In this document: positions 16,664 to 26,934 of the stretch, piece after piece | Position numbering within the stretch: the first letter of the stretch is position 1 | Layout: each line of letters opens with the position of its first letter | Assembly: GCA_002438505.1 (NCBI GenBank) | Contig: DJPI01000010.1 | Location: forward strand, 24,487 to 88,486 | Length of the DNA: 64,000 nucleotides | Direction: 5' to 3' | Source of the DNA: Ruminococcaceae bacterium UBA6416 | GTDB lineage: Bacteria; Bacillota; Clostridia; Oscillospirales; Acutalibacteraceae | The notes under the pieces: generated by a model | What the model was told of the DNA's origin: nothing | Seen by the model: only the letters and a program-made list of their open reading frames with translations | The model's database searches: none | Translations under genes and position numbers: made by a program

Positions 16664-18664
16664 ATGAAAATGGCGATTAAAAATGCTAAGAAAACACTCG
16701 CGGTTCTTTTGAGCGTTCTTATGCTCTGCTCATTTGGCGCTGTGTTTGTCGGCGCCGAGGGCGCAATCAAATGGGAAACCGCACCGGACGGATATTCGCT
16801 CACAGTTCCGAAAAGTGAAACCGATGTTGAAACTCTCACTCTCCCCGTGGCAACGGCTGAGGGCATTGAGGGCGCGGTCAGCTATGAGCTTGTTATTTTG
16901 AACGGTGAAAATGAAACAGCCGTTCAGGCGGAAGTTTTCAGCTTTAAAACAGACAATCCGGAAATTAAAGTTGGCAACAACATTAAAAATTATGTTTCAA
17001 ACAATGACATTGACAGAGACGGAAGCATCATTCTCGGCATGAGAGCTTCCTGCGGAGAAGTCAAGTCCGACCTCTGCCTCATAAAAATTGAAAATGTTAA
17101 GGTCAAGGCAACTTTCAGCTATATAAACAAAAAAGCTCAAGAAGCCAACAAGGAAACCGAGGTCTTTTACGGCACGTCCGCAAAGAGCTTTGCGGACGGA
17201 ATTGACGACCGTGAAGAAGTTGAAAATGATGAGTTCTTCCATTATGATTTCAAGGGCTGGGTAGCTATGGACGGCTCTGAGTCCACCGTTGAAAATGTTA
17301 TTAAAGATACTGTTTTTGCCCCTTCAATCGTTTCTGAGGCTCATACTTGGGTTAAAGATGAAGAGAACAGCAAAGAAAAGTCCTGCACCGAGGGCGGCGT
17401 ACTTGCTGAAATTTGCAGTGTGTGCGGTGAAACAAGAACCACGGACATTCCTGCCGGCCATGATTGGGTCGAGGAAGCGCCCGGCGTTCCGGCAACCTGC
17501 ACTAAGGACGGAAAAACCGCTTCCAAGGTTTGCAAAAAGTGCGGCGCAAAAGAGGAGTCTCAAGTAATCCCCAGCAAAGGCCACACTCCCGTTGATGACC
17601 CGGCAACACCGGCAACCTGCACTGAGCCTGCAAAAACCGCAGGAAGCCATTGCGCGGTTTGCAAAGAAGTTTTAGTTGAGCAGAAGAATGTCGGTGAGGC
17701 ACTCGGCCACGACAAGGTTCAGCATGACGCAAAGGCTCCCACCTGCACAGAAGTCGGCTGGGATGCATATGAAACCTGCTCACGCTGCAGCGAGTACACA
17801 ACCTATGTTGAAAAGGCAGCTCTCGGCCATCTCATTGACGAAACAGACGAGAGCACAAAAATTGAAGCCGTCTCTGCAACCTGCTTGGCCGCCGGTCGCA
17901 CAGAGGGCTATAAGTGCAAGCGTGAGGGCTGCGATTACACAACCTGCAAGACTATTGAAAAGCTCCCGCACACAAAGACCGAAGTTAAGGAAGCCGTTTC
18001 TGCAACCTGCACCAAAACCGGCCTCACCGAGGGATACACCTGCTCGGTTTGCCATACGGTTGTTGTTCAGGAAGTTGTTCCCATGATTCCCCACACCGAA
18101 GTTATCATTCCGGCTGTTCCTGCAACCTGCACCAAAACCGGCCTCACCGAGGGCAAAAAGTGCTCCGTTTGCGAAACTGTAACCGTTCGTCAGGAGGTTG
18201 TCCCCGCTCTTGACCACGATTGGAAGGTTACCAAAAAGGGTACTCCGGCAACCTGCACCGAAAAGGGCATTTCCGATGAAAAAACGTGCCTGCGCTGCAA
18301 GGCTGTTGAACCTCAGGCGGAGCTTGAGCCTCTCGGCCACAAACTTGTCACAGAATACGGCAGAGATGCAACCTGCCTTGAGGACGGACTGACCGATAAG
18401 ATTTTCTGCTCAAGGTGCAATGAGGTCATTCAAAAGGCAGAAGTAATTCCGAACCTTGGCGGACATAAGGATCTTGACAATGACGGCTTCTGTGATCACT
18501 GCGGAGCGGTTGTTGAAAAGCCGCAGCCCGGAAACCAGTGTGGCTGCATGTGCCATAAGGACGGCTTTGTCGGCTGGCTGTGGAAGAGTATTCTTTGCCC
18601 GATCTGCAAGTTCCTCGGCATTGAACAGGACTGCGCTTGCGGAATCAAGCATTGGACAAAATAA
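16664..18664 (+). CDS. Secreted Cys/His-rich repeat protein with a distinctive C-terminal Cys/His plus aromatic-helix tail
   Basis: Signal peptide. A Listeria-Bacteroides-like segment (FFHYDFKGWV). About 9 tandem modules [AP]TC[TL]xxGx5-6CxxCx13-17H. The tail is CGCMCHKDGFVGWLWKSILCPICKFLGIEQDCACGIKHWTK. Confidence 0.6.
   Translation: MKMAIKNAKKTLAVLLSVLMLCSFGAVFVGAEGAIKWETAPDGYSLTVPKSETDVETLTLPVATAEGIEGAVSYELVILNGENETAVQAEVFSFKTDNPEIKVGNNIKNYVSNNDIDRDGSIILGMRASCGEVKSDLCLIKIENVKVKATFSYINKKAQEANKETEVFYGTSAKSFADGIDDREEVENDEFFHYDFKGWVAMDGSESTVENVIKDTVFAPSIVSEAHTWVKDEENSKEKSCTEGGVLAEICSVCGETRTTDIPAGHDWVEEAPGVPATCTKDGKTASKVCKKCGAKEESQVIPSKGHTPVDDPATPATCTEPAKTAGSHCAVCKEVLVEQKNVGEALGHDKVQHDAKAPTCTEVGWDAYETCSRCSEYTTYVEKAALGHLIDETDESTKIEAVSATCLAAGRTEGYKCKREGCDYTTCKTIEKLPHTKTEVKEAVSATCTKTGLTEGYTCSVCHTVVVQEVVPMIPHTEVIIPAVPATCTKTGLTEGKKCSVCETVTVRQEVVPALDHDWKVTKKGTPATCTEKGISDEKTCLRCKAVEPQAELEPLGHKLVTEYGRDATCLEDGLTDKIFCSRCNEVIQKAEVIPNLGGHKDLDNDGFCDHCGAVVEKPQPGNQCGCMCHKDGFVGWLWKSILCPICKFLGIEQDCACGIKHWTK
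18000..18153 (+). repeat. Intragenic tandem duplication (120-bp period)
   Basis: Perfect 34-nt copy ctgcaacctgcaccaaaaccggcctcaccgaggg at 18000..18033 and 18120..18153. The gcaacctgc (ATC) core recurs about 9 times across 17490..18370. Confidence 0.85.
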
Positions 18665-18680
18665 CTGGACATAAAAATTT

Positions 18681-18713
18681 GCGGTGCGCCCGAACAGGAC
18701 GCACCGCTTTTTT
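18681..18713. terminator. Bidirectional terminator (convergent with tarJ)
   Basis: gcggtgcg ... cgcaccgc hairpin, with T6 on the plus side and an A/T run on the other side. Confidence 0.6.
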
Positions 18714-18736
18714 GATTGAATCAATCGGTGTTTATA

Positions 18737-19762
18737 TTACTTTTCCCACTTCATAACGGTCTTTCCGAAAGCCTTCTTTGTGTCAAGCTCAAAGGCCTCT
18801 GTCATGTCCTTGATTGAGCGCACAGTTTTAACAATGCCAACCATGTGGGAGAGATATTCAATAATTTCCGGATACTTGTCATACATCTCAACGGTTTTGA
18901 CAAAGTCAACGCGTCCGCTGCGGCTGCTTCCGAACATCCTCAGACCCTTTTCAAGAATCATCCTTGTGTTGATTGGAACGGGGTACTCGGAAACGCCGAG
19001 GATTGAAATTGTTCCCTCGGGGTTGATATAGTCAATAATCTGGTTGATTGCAACCTGAGAACCGTTTCCGCCAACGCATTCAAATGCGTGGTCAATTTGC
19101 ATATCGTCCGGAATTTCCGTTGTCAGGAATGTTTCATCAACAAAGGTGAAGTCTGCAAGCTTTTTCGGAACAACGCCGAAAACATAAACCTTGGTTTTCG
19201 GAAAGAACTTCTTGAGGAAGATGCAAGTCATATAGCTGAGGTTTCCATCGCCCCAAACGCCGATGACGTTGCGCCTCTTGTGGGCAATTTTGTCAAAACG
19301 TGAAATTGCGTGAACACCGACCGAAACCATCTCCGTGAAAGCGGCAATTTCGTTTGGAATACTTTCCGGAAGAAGAACAAGGCGGTCTGCCGGAGTCTGA
19401 ACATATTCCTGCATGAAGCCGTCAAAGCCGCTTGCGCGGAACTTGCTTGAGCGCAGATAGTTTTCGGCAATGATGTCATCCTTTTCAAAAGGCGTGTTGG
19501 GAACCATAACAACCCTGTCTCCGGGCTTGAAAGAACCGTCCGGAGCATAGACAACCTCGCCGATACCCTCGTGAATGAGAGCCATCGGAAGCTTTTTTGC
19601 AAGAACCTTTGCATCGCGCGTACCTTGAAAGTATCTTTGGTCGGCGTTGCAAATTGAAAGATAGGTCGGTTTAACAATAATATCGGGAGAGAAGATATCA
19701 ATTTCATTGAAGGCAATTTCAATCTTCCTCGGCTGCGTCAGTCTGTAAACTGTATTAAGCAT
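18737..19762 (-). CDS. tarJ: Ribitol-5-phosphate (ribulose-5-P) dehydrogenase, MDR Zn-ADH family
   Basis: 341-aa medium-chain dehydrogenase fold (LIHEGIGEVV, GVWGDGNL). Immediately downstream of the IspD-like cytidylyltransferase, as in tarIJ. Confidence 0.65.
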   Translation of the reverse strand: MLNTVYRLTQPRKIEIAFNEIDIFSPDIIVKPTYLSICNADQRYFQGTRDAKVLAKKLPMALIHEGIGEVVYAPDGSFKPGDRVVMVPNTPFEKDDIIAENYLRSSKFRASGFDGFMQEYVQTPADRLVLLPESIPNEIAAFTEMVSVGVHAISRFDKIAHKRRNVIGVWGDGNLSYMTCIFLKKFFPKTKVYVFGVVPKKLADFTFVDETFLTTEIPDDMQIDHAFECVGGNGSQVAINQIIDYINPEGTISILGVSEYPVPINTRMILEKGLRMFGSSRSGRVDFVKTVEMYDKYPEIIEYLSHMVGIVKTVRSIKDMTEAFELDTKKAFGKTVMKWEK

Positions 19763-19789
19763 TGTTTTTTTCCTTTCGTGTCATGCCGC

Positions 19790-20503
19790 TCAGTCGGCAA
19801 TTTCCTCGTCAAGGAGGGCTTTTGCAACTCTGAGGTCATACGGATAGGTGATTTTGATGTTGTGAACCTCGCCCTGAACGAGGTGGACAGGATAGCCTTT
19901 CATGCTGAAAATTTTGCAGGCATCGGTGAGAATGCTCTTTTCGTCCTCGGTAAGACTTTCATAAAGCTCCTTAAGCTTTTTCGCTTTGAATGCCTGCGGA
20001 GTCTGACCTTGATAAAGGCGGTTTCTGTCAGGAATGGAGCTGATTGTTTCTTTGTCAATGCTTTCAACAATGGTGTCCGTTGCCGGAACAACAGTGTCCG
20101 TTGCGCCGAACTCAAGCGCCGCGTCAATGTTCTCGTCAATGATTCGCGCGGAAACAAAGGGACGAACCGCGTCATGGGTAACAATGACAGTTTCCTCGTC
20201 AAGACCATCGGTCTCTTCAATATAGCGAACGGCGTTCATGATGGTCTCGTTCCTTGTTGAACCGCCCTTGAGAACAAGAACGCGATCATTTTCAGGCAGA
20301 TGCTTTGCAAGAATGTTTTTTGTGTAGCTGACCCACTGGTCGGGGCAGAGAATGATGACCTTTTTGAATGCACTGTTGACATAAAATTTTTCAACCGTGT
20401 GAACAATGATGGGCTTGTCCTTGAGCGTCAGATACTGCTTCGGCTTTTCAAGGTTTCCCATTCTGCTGCCGATTCCGCCGGCGGCGATTACTGCATATAA
20501 CAT
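19790..20503 (-). CDS. tarI: D-ribitol-5-phosphate cytidylyltransferase (IspD family)
   Basis: MLYAVIAAGGIGSRMG...KQYL... is an IspD/TarI-type N-terminus. 237 aa. Confidence 0.75.
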   Translation of the reverse strand: MLYAVIAAGGIGSRMGNLEKPKQYLTLKDKPIIVHTVEKFYVNSAFKKVIILCPDQWVSYTKNILAKHLPENDRVLVLKGGSTRNETIMNAVRYIEETDGLDEETVIVTHDAVRPFVSARIIDENIDAALEFGATDTVVPATDTIVESIDKETISSIPDRNRLYQGQTPQAFKAKKLKELYESLTEDEKSILTDACKIFSMKGYPVHLVQGEVHNIKITYPYDLRVAKALLDEEIAD

Positions 20504-20567
20504 TTTTTCACCTCAAAAATTAGTTTTAATTAAATTTGCGGAGTTAAAGTTAAATTAATAACAATTT

Positions 20568-20596
20568 ATTTTACCCCATATCACGCGTTTTGTCAA
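20568..20596 (-). promoter_or_regulatory. Sigma-A promoter of tarIJ
   Basis: Minus strand: TTGACA, 17-nt spacer, TAAAAT. Confidence 0.55.
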
Positions 20597-20766
20597 CTTA
20601 AAGTGGTCGCTGATTGAGCGCAGAATGGCTGCAAGACATATGCACGGCTCAAAACTATGAATTTTCGTATAATAAGGAAATATTTTTCCGAAACTTACTT
20701 GAGTATGGGCTTGTTTTAGTATATAATAATATATCAAACTTTGCTTTGGATTATCATATGATTTGA

Positions 20767-21819
<1,053 letters not shown>

Positions 21820-21896
21820 CCGGAAGGCTTTTTCGGTTACAAAGACTTTGAGAAAGGAACGGTAGGGGTCTTTGCCTTTATCCGTGTTTTGAAAAA

Positions 21897-22760
21897 ATGC
21901 GAAGGTTTTTAAAAAGCACACGGTTCAAAGCTTTTGTGCTTGTGATTTGCGCGCTGCTTGTCGGGGCAATCCTTGCCTCGGTTTCTTCAAGCGCTTCATC
22001 GCCGTTCACAAGTGTTGTTTCGGTTGTTTTTTCGCCGCTTCAAAAGCTTTCCGGCCGTGTTGCGGACAAATTTGAATGGTTCACATCCTCATTTGCCCGT
22101 GTTTCAACATATAAAAGTGAAAACGAGCAGCTGCGCGATAAAATTGCCGAGTATGAAAAGCAGCTTGCCGATTATGATGAAATGAAACAAAAAATAGTGT
22201 CATATGAGGATATGCTCGGCGTGAAAGAAGCAAACCCGGAAATTGAGCTTTGTCGCGCCGATGTTATCGGCACGGACAGCGCAGACTTGTTCTCTTCTTT
22301 GACGATTGACAAGGGCAGCAGTGACGGCATTTCGGTCAACGACCCGGTTGTCAGCGGTAATTATATTGTTGGAATAATCAAAAAAGTCAATCCGAATTAC
22401 AGCGTTGCCCAGTCGATTCTGAACCCTGCGCTCAACATCAGTGCGATTGAAAGTGAAACGCGCGAGACGGCCTATGTTACAACAACGCCGGAGCAGTCTC
22501 TTCAGGGAAAATGCATTTTTGCAGGTCTTGAAAGAACAACCTCAATTTCTCCCGGCGGAGTGATACTCACGTCCGGCATAGGCGGAATTTATCCGAAGGG
22601 CTTTATAATTGGAACTGTTACTCAGGTTTGTGACAGCGAAACCGACCTGACAAGCTATGCCATTGTGAATCCGGGTGTTGCGATTGACGGACTTGAAGAC
22701 GTTTTTGTTATTACGTCTTTCAAAGGTCAGGGTGTTGAACAGATTGAACGGGAGGACTGA
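21897..22760 (+). CDS. mreC: Rod-shape-determining protein MreC
   Basis: N-terminal TM segment, coiled coil (ENEQLRDKIAEYEKQL), beta-rich C-terminal domain. Position follows mreB. Confidence 0.85.
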   Translation: MRRFLKSTRFKAFVLVICALLVGAILASVSSSASSPFTSVVSVVFSPLQKLSGRVADKFEWFTSSFARVSTYKSENEQLRDKIAEYEKQLADYDEMKQKIVSYEDMLGVKEANPEIELCRADVIGTDSADLFSSLTIDKGSSDGISVNDPVVSGNYIVGIIKKVNPNYSVAQSILNPALNISAIESETRETAYVTTTPEQSLQGKCIFAGLERTTSISPGGVILTSGIGGIYPKGFIIGTVTQVCDSETDLTSYAIVNPGVAIDGLEDVFVITSFKGQGVEQIERED

Positions 22761-22765
22761 AAGAC

Positions 22766-23305
22766 GTGAAAACGGCACTTTCAAGCTATAAAAAAAGCAT
22801 GTACATAAGAAGAACGCTCCTTGCCCTTTTTGTTGTTGCAACCGCGCTTTTTCAAAACACAAAGGGCGCGTTACCAGAGCTTCACGGTGTGCGTGCAATG
22901 CCTCTTGCGGTGCTTGTTGCCGTAATTGCGCTTTTTGAGCGCAGCTTTGCCGGGCTTGCGTTCGGCTTTCTTTCCGGCGTGCTTTGGGATTTCTCCCTTG
23001 CGGACGGAGACGGCTTCTTTGCCGTTTTGCTCTGCCTTATCGGATTTATTTGCGGCGCGGCATCGAGCTTCTTCTTGCGCAATAACATTTTTTCCGCGCT
23101 GTTTGTCTCGTTTGCTTCGGCTCTTGTGACGATTGGCTCATATTGGTTTTTCTTTTTGTTTTTGAAGGGCTATGACCCGTCGGCAAAGCTCCTTTTGAGC
23201 TTTTATCTTCCCTCCTGCTTTTATACGCTCCTTTTTGCACCGATATATTATTATTTGATACGCTCGCTCAAAAAGGCTCTTGACGGACCGAAAAGGCTTG
23301 CTTAA
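22766..23305 (+). CDS. mreD: Rod-shape-determining protein MreD
   Basis: GTG start. 179-aa polytopic membrane protein following mreC. Confidence 0.75.
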   Translation: MKTALSSYKKSMYIRRTLLALFVVATALFQNTKGALPELHGVRAMPLAVLVAVIALFERSFAGLAFGFLSGVLWDFSLADGDGFFAVLLCLIGFICGAASSFFLRNNIFSALFVSFASALVTIGSYWFFFLFLKGYDPSAKLLLSFYLPSCFYTLLFAPIYYYLIRSLKKALDGPKRLA

Positions 23306-23347
23306 AGGCAATTTTAAATTACATTAAAGAAAGGACGGCCGCATTTT

Positions 23348-25375
23348 ATGAGAAGAAAAGTCAGCAAAAAAAGGAATACGGCTGTTGTTGTTTTGATAAC
23401 TCTTGTTTTTGCCGCATTCATTTTTAAGCTTTGGAACATTCAGGTTGTTTCCGCGGGCAACGCAAGGCAGGCTGCCGTGAAGGGTGTTGAGATTGATGTT
23501 GAGCCTGTCAGAGGTGAAATTCTTGACAGTGACGGAAACACCCTTGCAACAAGCAGACAGGTGCGGACGGTTGTTTTCAATTATTTCACCTTTCCCTCAT
23601 CCGGGGAGAGCGAAAAGCGCAGCCAAATCATCTCCGAGCTTCTCACGCTTTTTGACCGCGCGGGGGCAAAATGGATTGATGAACTTCCGATTAAAGTGAA
23701 CAAAAAAGGAAAGCTTGTTTTTGCAAAAGGCAAGGAGAACGAGGTCTCGTATCTGCGCTCTGCTGCCTTCCTTGACTTGAACCCTTATGCAACGGTGGAA
23801 AACTGTTTTGACGCCCTTGTTCAAAAATACTCGCTCGAAAGTTATCCGCTGCGCGAGGCAAGGAACATTGCCTCGGTCTATTATTCGATGGTGAAAGACG
23901 GCTTCAATTCAACAACACCGTATGTTTTTGCAAAGGATATTTCTGCTGCTCTTGCCTCGGATATCAAGGAAAAAAGCGATGTTTTTACCGGCGTTGATGT
24001 TCAGGTGAAGTCTGAGCGTGAGTATCCGGACGGAACGCTTGCTGCCCATCTGCTCGGCATTGTCGGCTCAATCAGCGCCGAGGAGTATGAAGCGAAAAAG
24101 GAGAGCGGATATTCGCTCAACGACACCATCGGTAAAAACGGAATTGAATATACCTATGAATCGAATCTTCGCGGCGAAAAAGGAAAAAAACGCATCATCT
24201 CCGACTCTGATGGTAATACCACGGAAAAATATATCACACTTCCGAAAAACGGAGACACTGTCATTCTCACAATACGCAAAGATATTCAAAAGACGGCGCA
24301 GGACGCGCTTGAAAAGCTCATTCTTGATTTTAAGGCGGATAACGCAAATGTCACAGGCGGCTCCGTTGTTGTTATGGATACCAAAAACAACGATATCCTT
24401 GCCTGTGCCAGTTATCCGACATATGACCTTTCAAAATATTCAAAAAACGCTTCAAAGCTCAACACCGACCCGAACAAGCCGCTTTGGAACCGTGCTCTCA
24501 TGAGCACCTACACGCCGGGTTCAACAATTAAGCCTGCGGTTGCAATGGCCGGCCTTGAAGAAAAAATTATTGACAAAGACACCATTGTGACCTGCACCGG
24601 GGTCTATACCCATTACAAGGACTATCGTCCGACCTGTACCGGAGTTCACGGAAGCTTGAATGTTGTTTATGCGCTTTACAACAGCTGCAACATCTTTTTC
24701 TATGAAACCTCGCGTTTGCTTGGAATTGAAAAGCTCAACGATTATTTCACAATGTTCGGCCTCGGTGAGGAAACGGGCGTTGAAATCGGCGAATCAAAGG
24801 GTATTGTTGACTCCGTTGAATTCAGAACGGAAAAGGGCGAGCTTTGGACGCCCGGTCTCACAATTCAGGCCGGTATCGGCCACGGAGACAACCAGTTCAC
24901 TCCGATTCAGCTTTGCTCATACGCTTCCGTTATTGCAAACCGAGGCGTCCGCCACAAGGCACACTTTGTCAAATCAATAATGAAATCCGATTACAGCGAA
25001 ACCGTATATACGGCGCAGGATCAAATTCTTTCAAAGGCGAATTTCAGCGATAAAAACTGGAACCTTGTCTATGAGGGTATGCTTCTTGTTGGAACAGAAA
25101 GCTATGCGGACTTTTCCGGCGTGCCGGTCAAGGTTGCCGCAAAAACCGGAACAACAACGGTTCAAAAGGCCGGAAACGGAAAAAAAGAAAAGAACAACGG
25201 TCTCATCATTGCCTTTGCGCCGTATGACGATCCGCAGATTGCGGTTTCCGTTGTTGTTGAGGGCGCAACAAGCGGCGGTTCAACGGCTCCCGTTGCCGCG
25301 GCGATAATGGAGCAGTATTTTGCCGCCTCGCAGGGCGAAAAGTCTGCGCAGACCGAGGGTGTACTGCTTGAATAG
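23348..25375 (+). CDS. mrdA: Class B penicillin-binding protein 2 (elongasome transpeptidase)
   Basis: N-terminal TM anchor. Active-site boxes STIKP, SCN (YNSCNIFF), KTGTT. Position follows mreBCD. Confidence 0.88.
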   Translation: MRRKVSKKRNTAVVVLITLVFAAFIFKLWNIQVVSAGNARQAAVKGVEIDVEPVRGEILDSDGNTLATSRQVRTVVFNYFTFPSSGESEKRSQIISELLTLFDRAGAKWIDELPIKVNKKGKLVFAKGKENEVSYLRSAAFLDLNPYATVENCFDALVQKYSLESYPLREARNIASVYYSMVKDGFNSTTPYVFAKDISAALASDIKEKSDVFTGVDVQVKSEREYPDGTLAAHLLGIVGSISAEEYEAKKESGYSLNDTIGKNGIEYTYESNLRGEKGKKRIISDSDGNTTEKYITLPKNGDTVILTIRKDIQKTAQDALEKLILDFKADNANVTGGSVVVMDTKNNDILACASYPTYDLSKYSKNASKLNTDPNKPLWNRALMSTYTPGSTIKPAVAMAGLEEKIIDKDTIVTCTGVYTHYKDYRPTCTGVHGSLNVVYALYNSCNIFFYETSRLLGIEKLNDYFTMFGLGEETGVEIGESKGIVDSVEFRTEKGELWTPGLTIQAGIGHGDNQFTPIQLCSYASVIANRGVRHKAHFVKSIMKSDYSETVYTAQDQILSKANFSDKNWNLVYEGMLLVGTESYADFSGVPVKVAAKTGTTTVQKAGNGKKEKNNGLIIAFAPYDDPQIAVSVVVEGATSGGSTAPVAAAIMEQYFAASQGEKSAQTEGVLLE

Positions 25376-25530
25376 GGCAAGAAAAATCTGTAACGAAAAG
25401 GCTTGCATTTTTTATGCGGAACAAGCAAGCGCCGATATTCCGGAAAATGCCTCGTGAAACTTGACGGGAGACATTTCGCCGGAACTTTGGCCTGAAAATT
25501 ATTCGGCAACAACTTAACTAAGGAGGAAAC

Positions 25531-26250
25531 ATGGCAAGAAAAATTGTTTTTGCGTCCGGAAAGGGCGGGGTCGGGAAAACAACTCTGACCGTTGCGGTCG
25601 GAAAAGCTCTCGCCGGATACGGCCAGAGGGTTCTACTGGTTGATTTTGACAATCTTCGCGGCATTGATTTGCTTGCCGGCGCGTCTGAGGCGGTTGTTTA
25701 TGACTGGGGAGACGTTCTTCTTGACCGCTGCGCGGCTTTTGAGGCTATATACAAGGCAGATTCTTTGAGCATAATGTCCTGTCCGCGCAAGTACGGTGAC
25801 GCCACGCCGAAAAAGATTGCAAATCTTATCAAAAGTATCGAAAAAAACTTTGATTATATTCTTTTTGATTCACCGGCCGGTATCGGCCGCGGAATGCACC
25901 TTGCCGCAGCGGCGGCAGACAAGGGCGTTCTTGTTGCAACGCCGGATTACGTCTGCGTCCACGGCGCTTTTGCCGCTGCCGATGAGCTTTTTGAAAGCGG
26001 AATCGGTGAGGTCAGAATGATAATTAACCGCGCCGTTAAAAAGGATATGCGGCGCAAAAGGATGCTTAATGTTGATGCAATGATTGACTCGGCCGCCGTT
26101 CAGCTGCTCGGAATCGTTCCGGAGGATCCGCACCTTCACCTCGGCTCAATGGGCGTTTCGGTTTATCAGCCCGGTCAGGTGTCACACAGTGCAATAAGCA
26201 ATATTGCAAGAAGGTTAAACGGAGAGAATGTTCCGCTGAACTTTACATAA
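25531..26250 (+). CDS. MinD/ParA-family P-loop ATPase (short, orphan)
   Basis: Deviant Walker A SGKGGVGKTT and Walker B DYILFDSPAG. 239 aa with no C-terminal amphipathic membrane-targeting helix. There is no adjacent minC or minE. Confidence 0.7.
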   Translation: MARKIVFASGKGGVGKTTLTVAVGKALAGYGQRVLLVDFDNLRGIDLLAGASEAVVYDWGDVLLDRCAAFEAIYKADSLSIMSCPRKYGDATPKKIANLIKSIEKNFDYILFDSPAGIGRGMHLAAAAADKGVLVATPDYVCVHGAFAAADELFESGIGEVRMIINRAVKKDMRRKRMLNVDAMIDSAAVQLLGIVPEDPHLHLGSMGVSVYQPGQVSHSAISNIARRLNGENVPLNFT

Positions 26251-26467
26251 TATCGGCAACAAATTTGTCAATATTTTTGGATTTTGCTTGAATTTTCGGC
26301 TCTCTTTTGGTAGAATAAACAAAAGGACTCTATACGCACCACCGGAAAAGCGCTTTCCCCTTTGCTTTGGCGCTGCATTGACATACTGAAGGAGACATCC
26401 CGTTTTGGAATGTTTGCCTTTGAATACATGGGGAAACATGAATTACTTTTAGGGAGAAGATGAATTA

Positions 26468-26869
26468 ATGAACATTGCACTCATTGCGCATGACGCAAAA
26501 AAAGAGCTTATGACTCAGTTCTGCATTGCATACTGCGGAACGCTCAGCAAGCACAATCTCTGCGCCACAGGAACAACCGGAAAGCTTGTTTCGGAAGCAA
26601 CGGGATTGAATATTGTTAAATTTCTTGCCGGATTTCAGGGCGGAGAGGAACAGATTGCAGCAAGGATTGCCTGCAATGAGATTGACCTTCTCCTCATCTT
26701 CCGCGATCCGCTCAATCCTAAGCCCGGCGAGCCGAACGAGGCAAACCTTCTCAGGCTTTGCGACGTTCACAATATCCCGGTTGCAACAAACATTGCAACG
26801 GCTGAGGCTCTCATTCACGCGCTTGAGCGCGGCGACCTTGACTGGCGTGATATTGTTAACCCGAAATAA
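26468..26869 (+). CDS. mgsA: Methylglyoxal synthase
   Basis: [15 protein letters not shown]...ATGTTG...DPL...HNIPVATN is canonical MgsA. 133 aa. Confidence 0.92.
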   Translation: MNIALIAHDAKKELMTQFCIAYCGTLSKHNLCATGTTGKLVSEATGLNIVKFLAGFQGGEEQIAARIACNEIDLLLIFRDPLNPKPGEPNEANLLRLCDVHNIPVATNIATAEALIHALERGDLDWRDIVNPK

Positions 26870-26934
26870 TTTTTCCGACTTTTTCAACTTGACTTGTTCT
26901 TTGCCGCTTGCGGCGGCTTTTAAAAGTGAATAAA

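Noticed and set aside
26251-26467. A possible short uORF (ATG at about 26416, [17 protein letters not shown]) in the mgsA leader.
   Set aside because: The nearest SD-like sequence (AGGAGA) is ~14 nt away and there is no supporting structure or other evidence. It is too weak to report as a feature.
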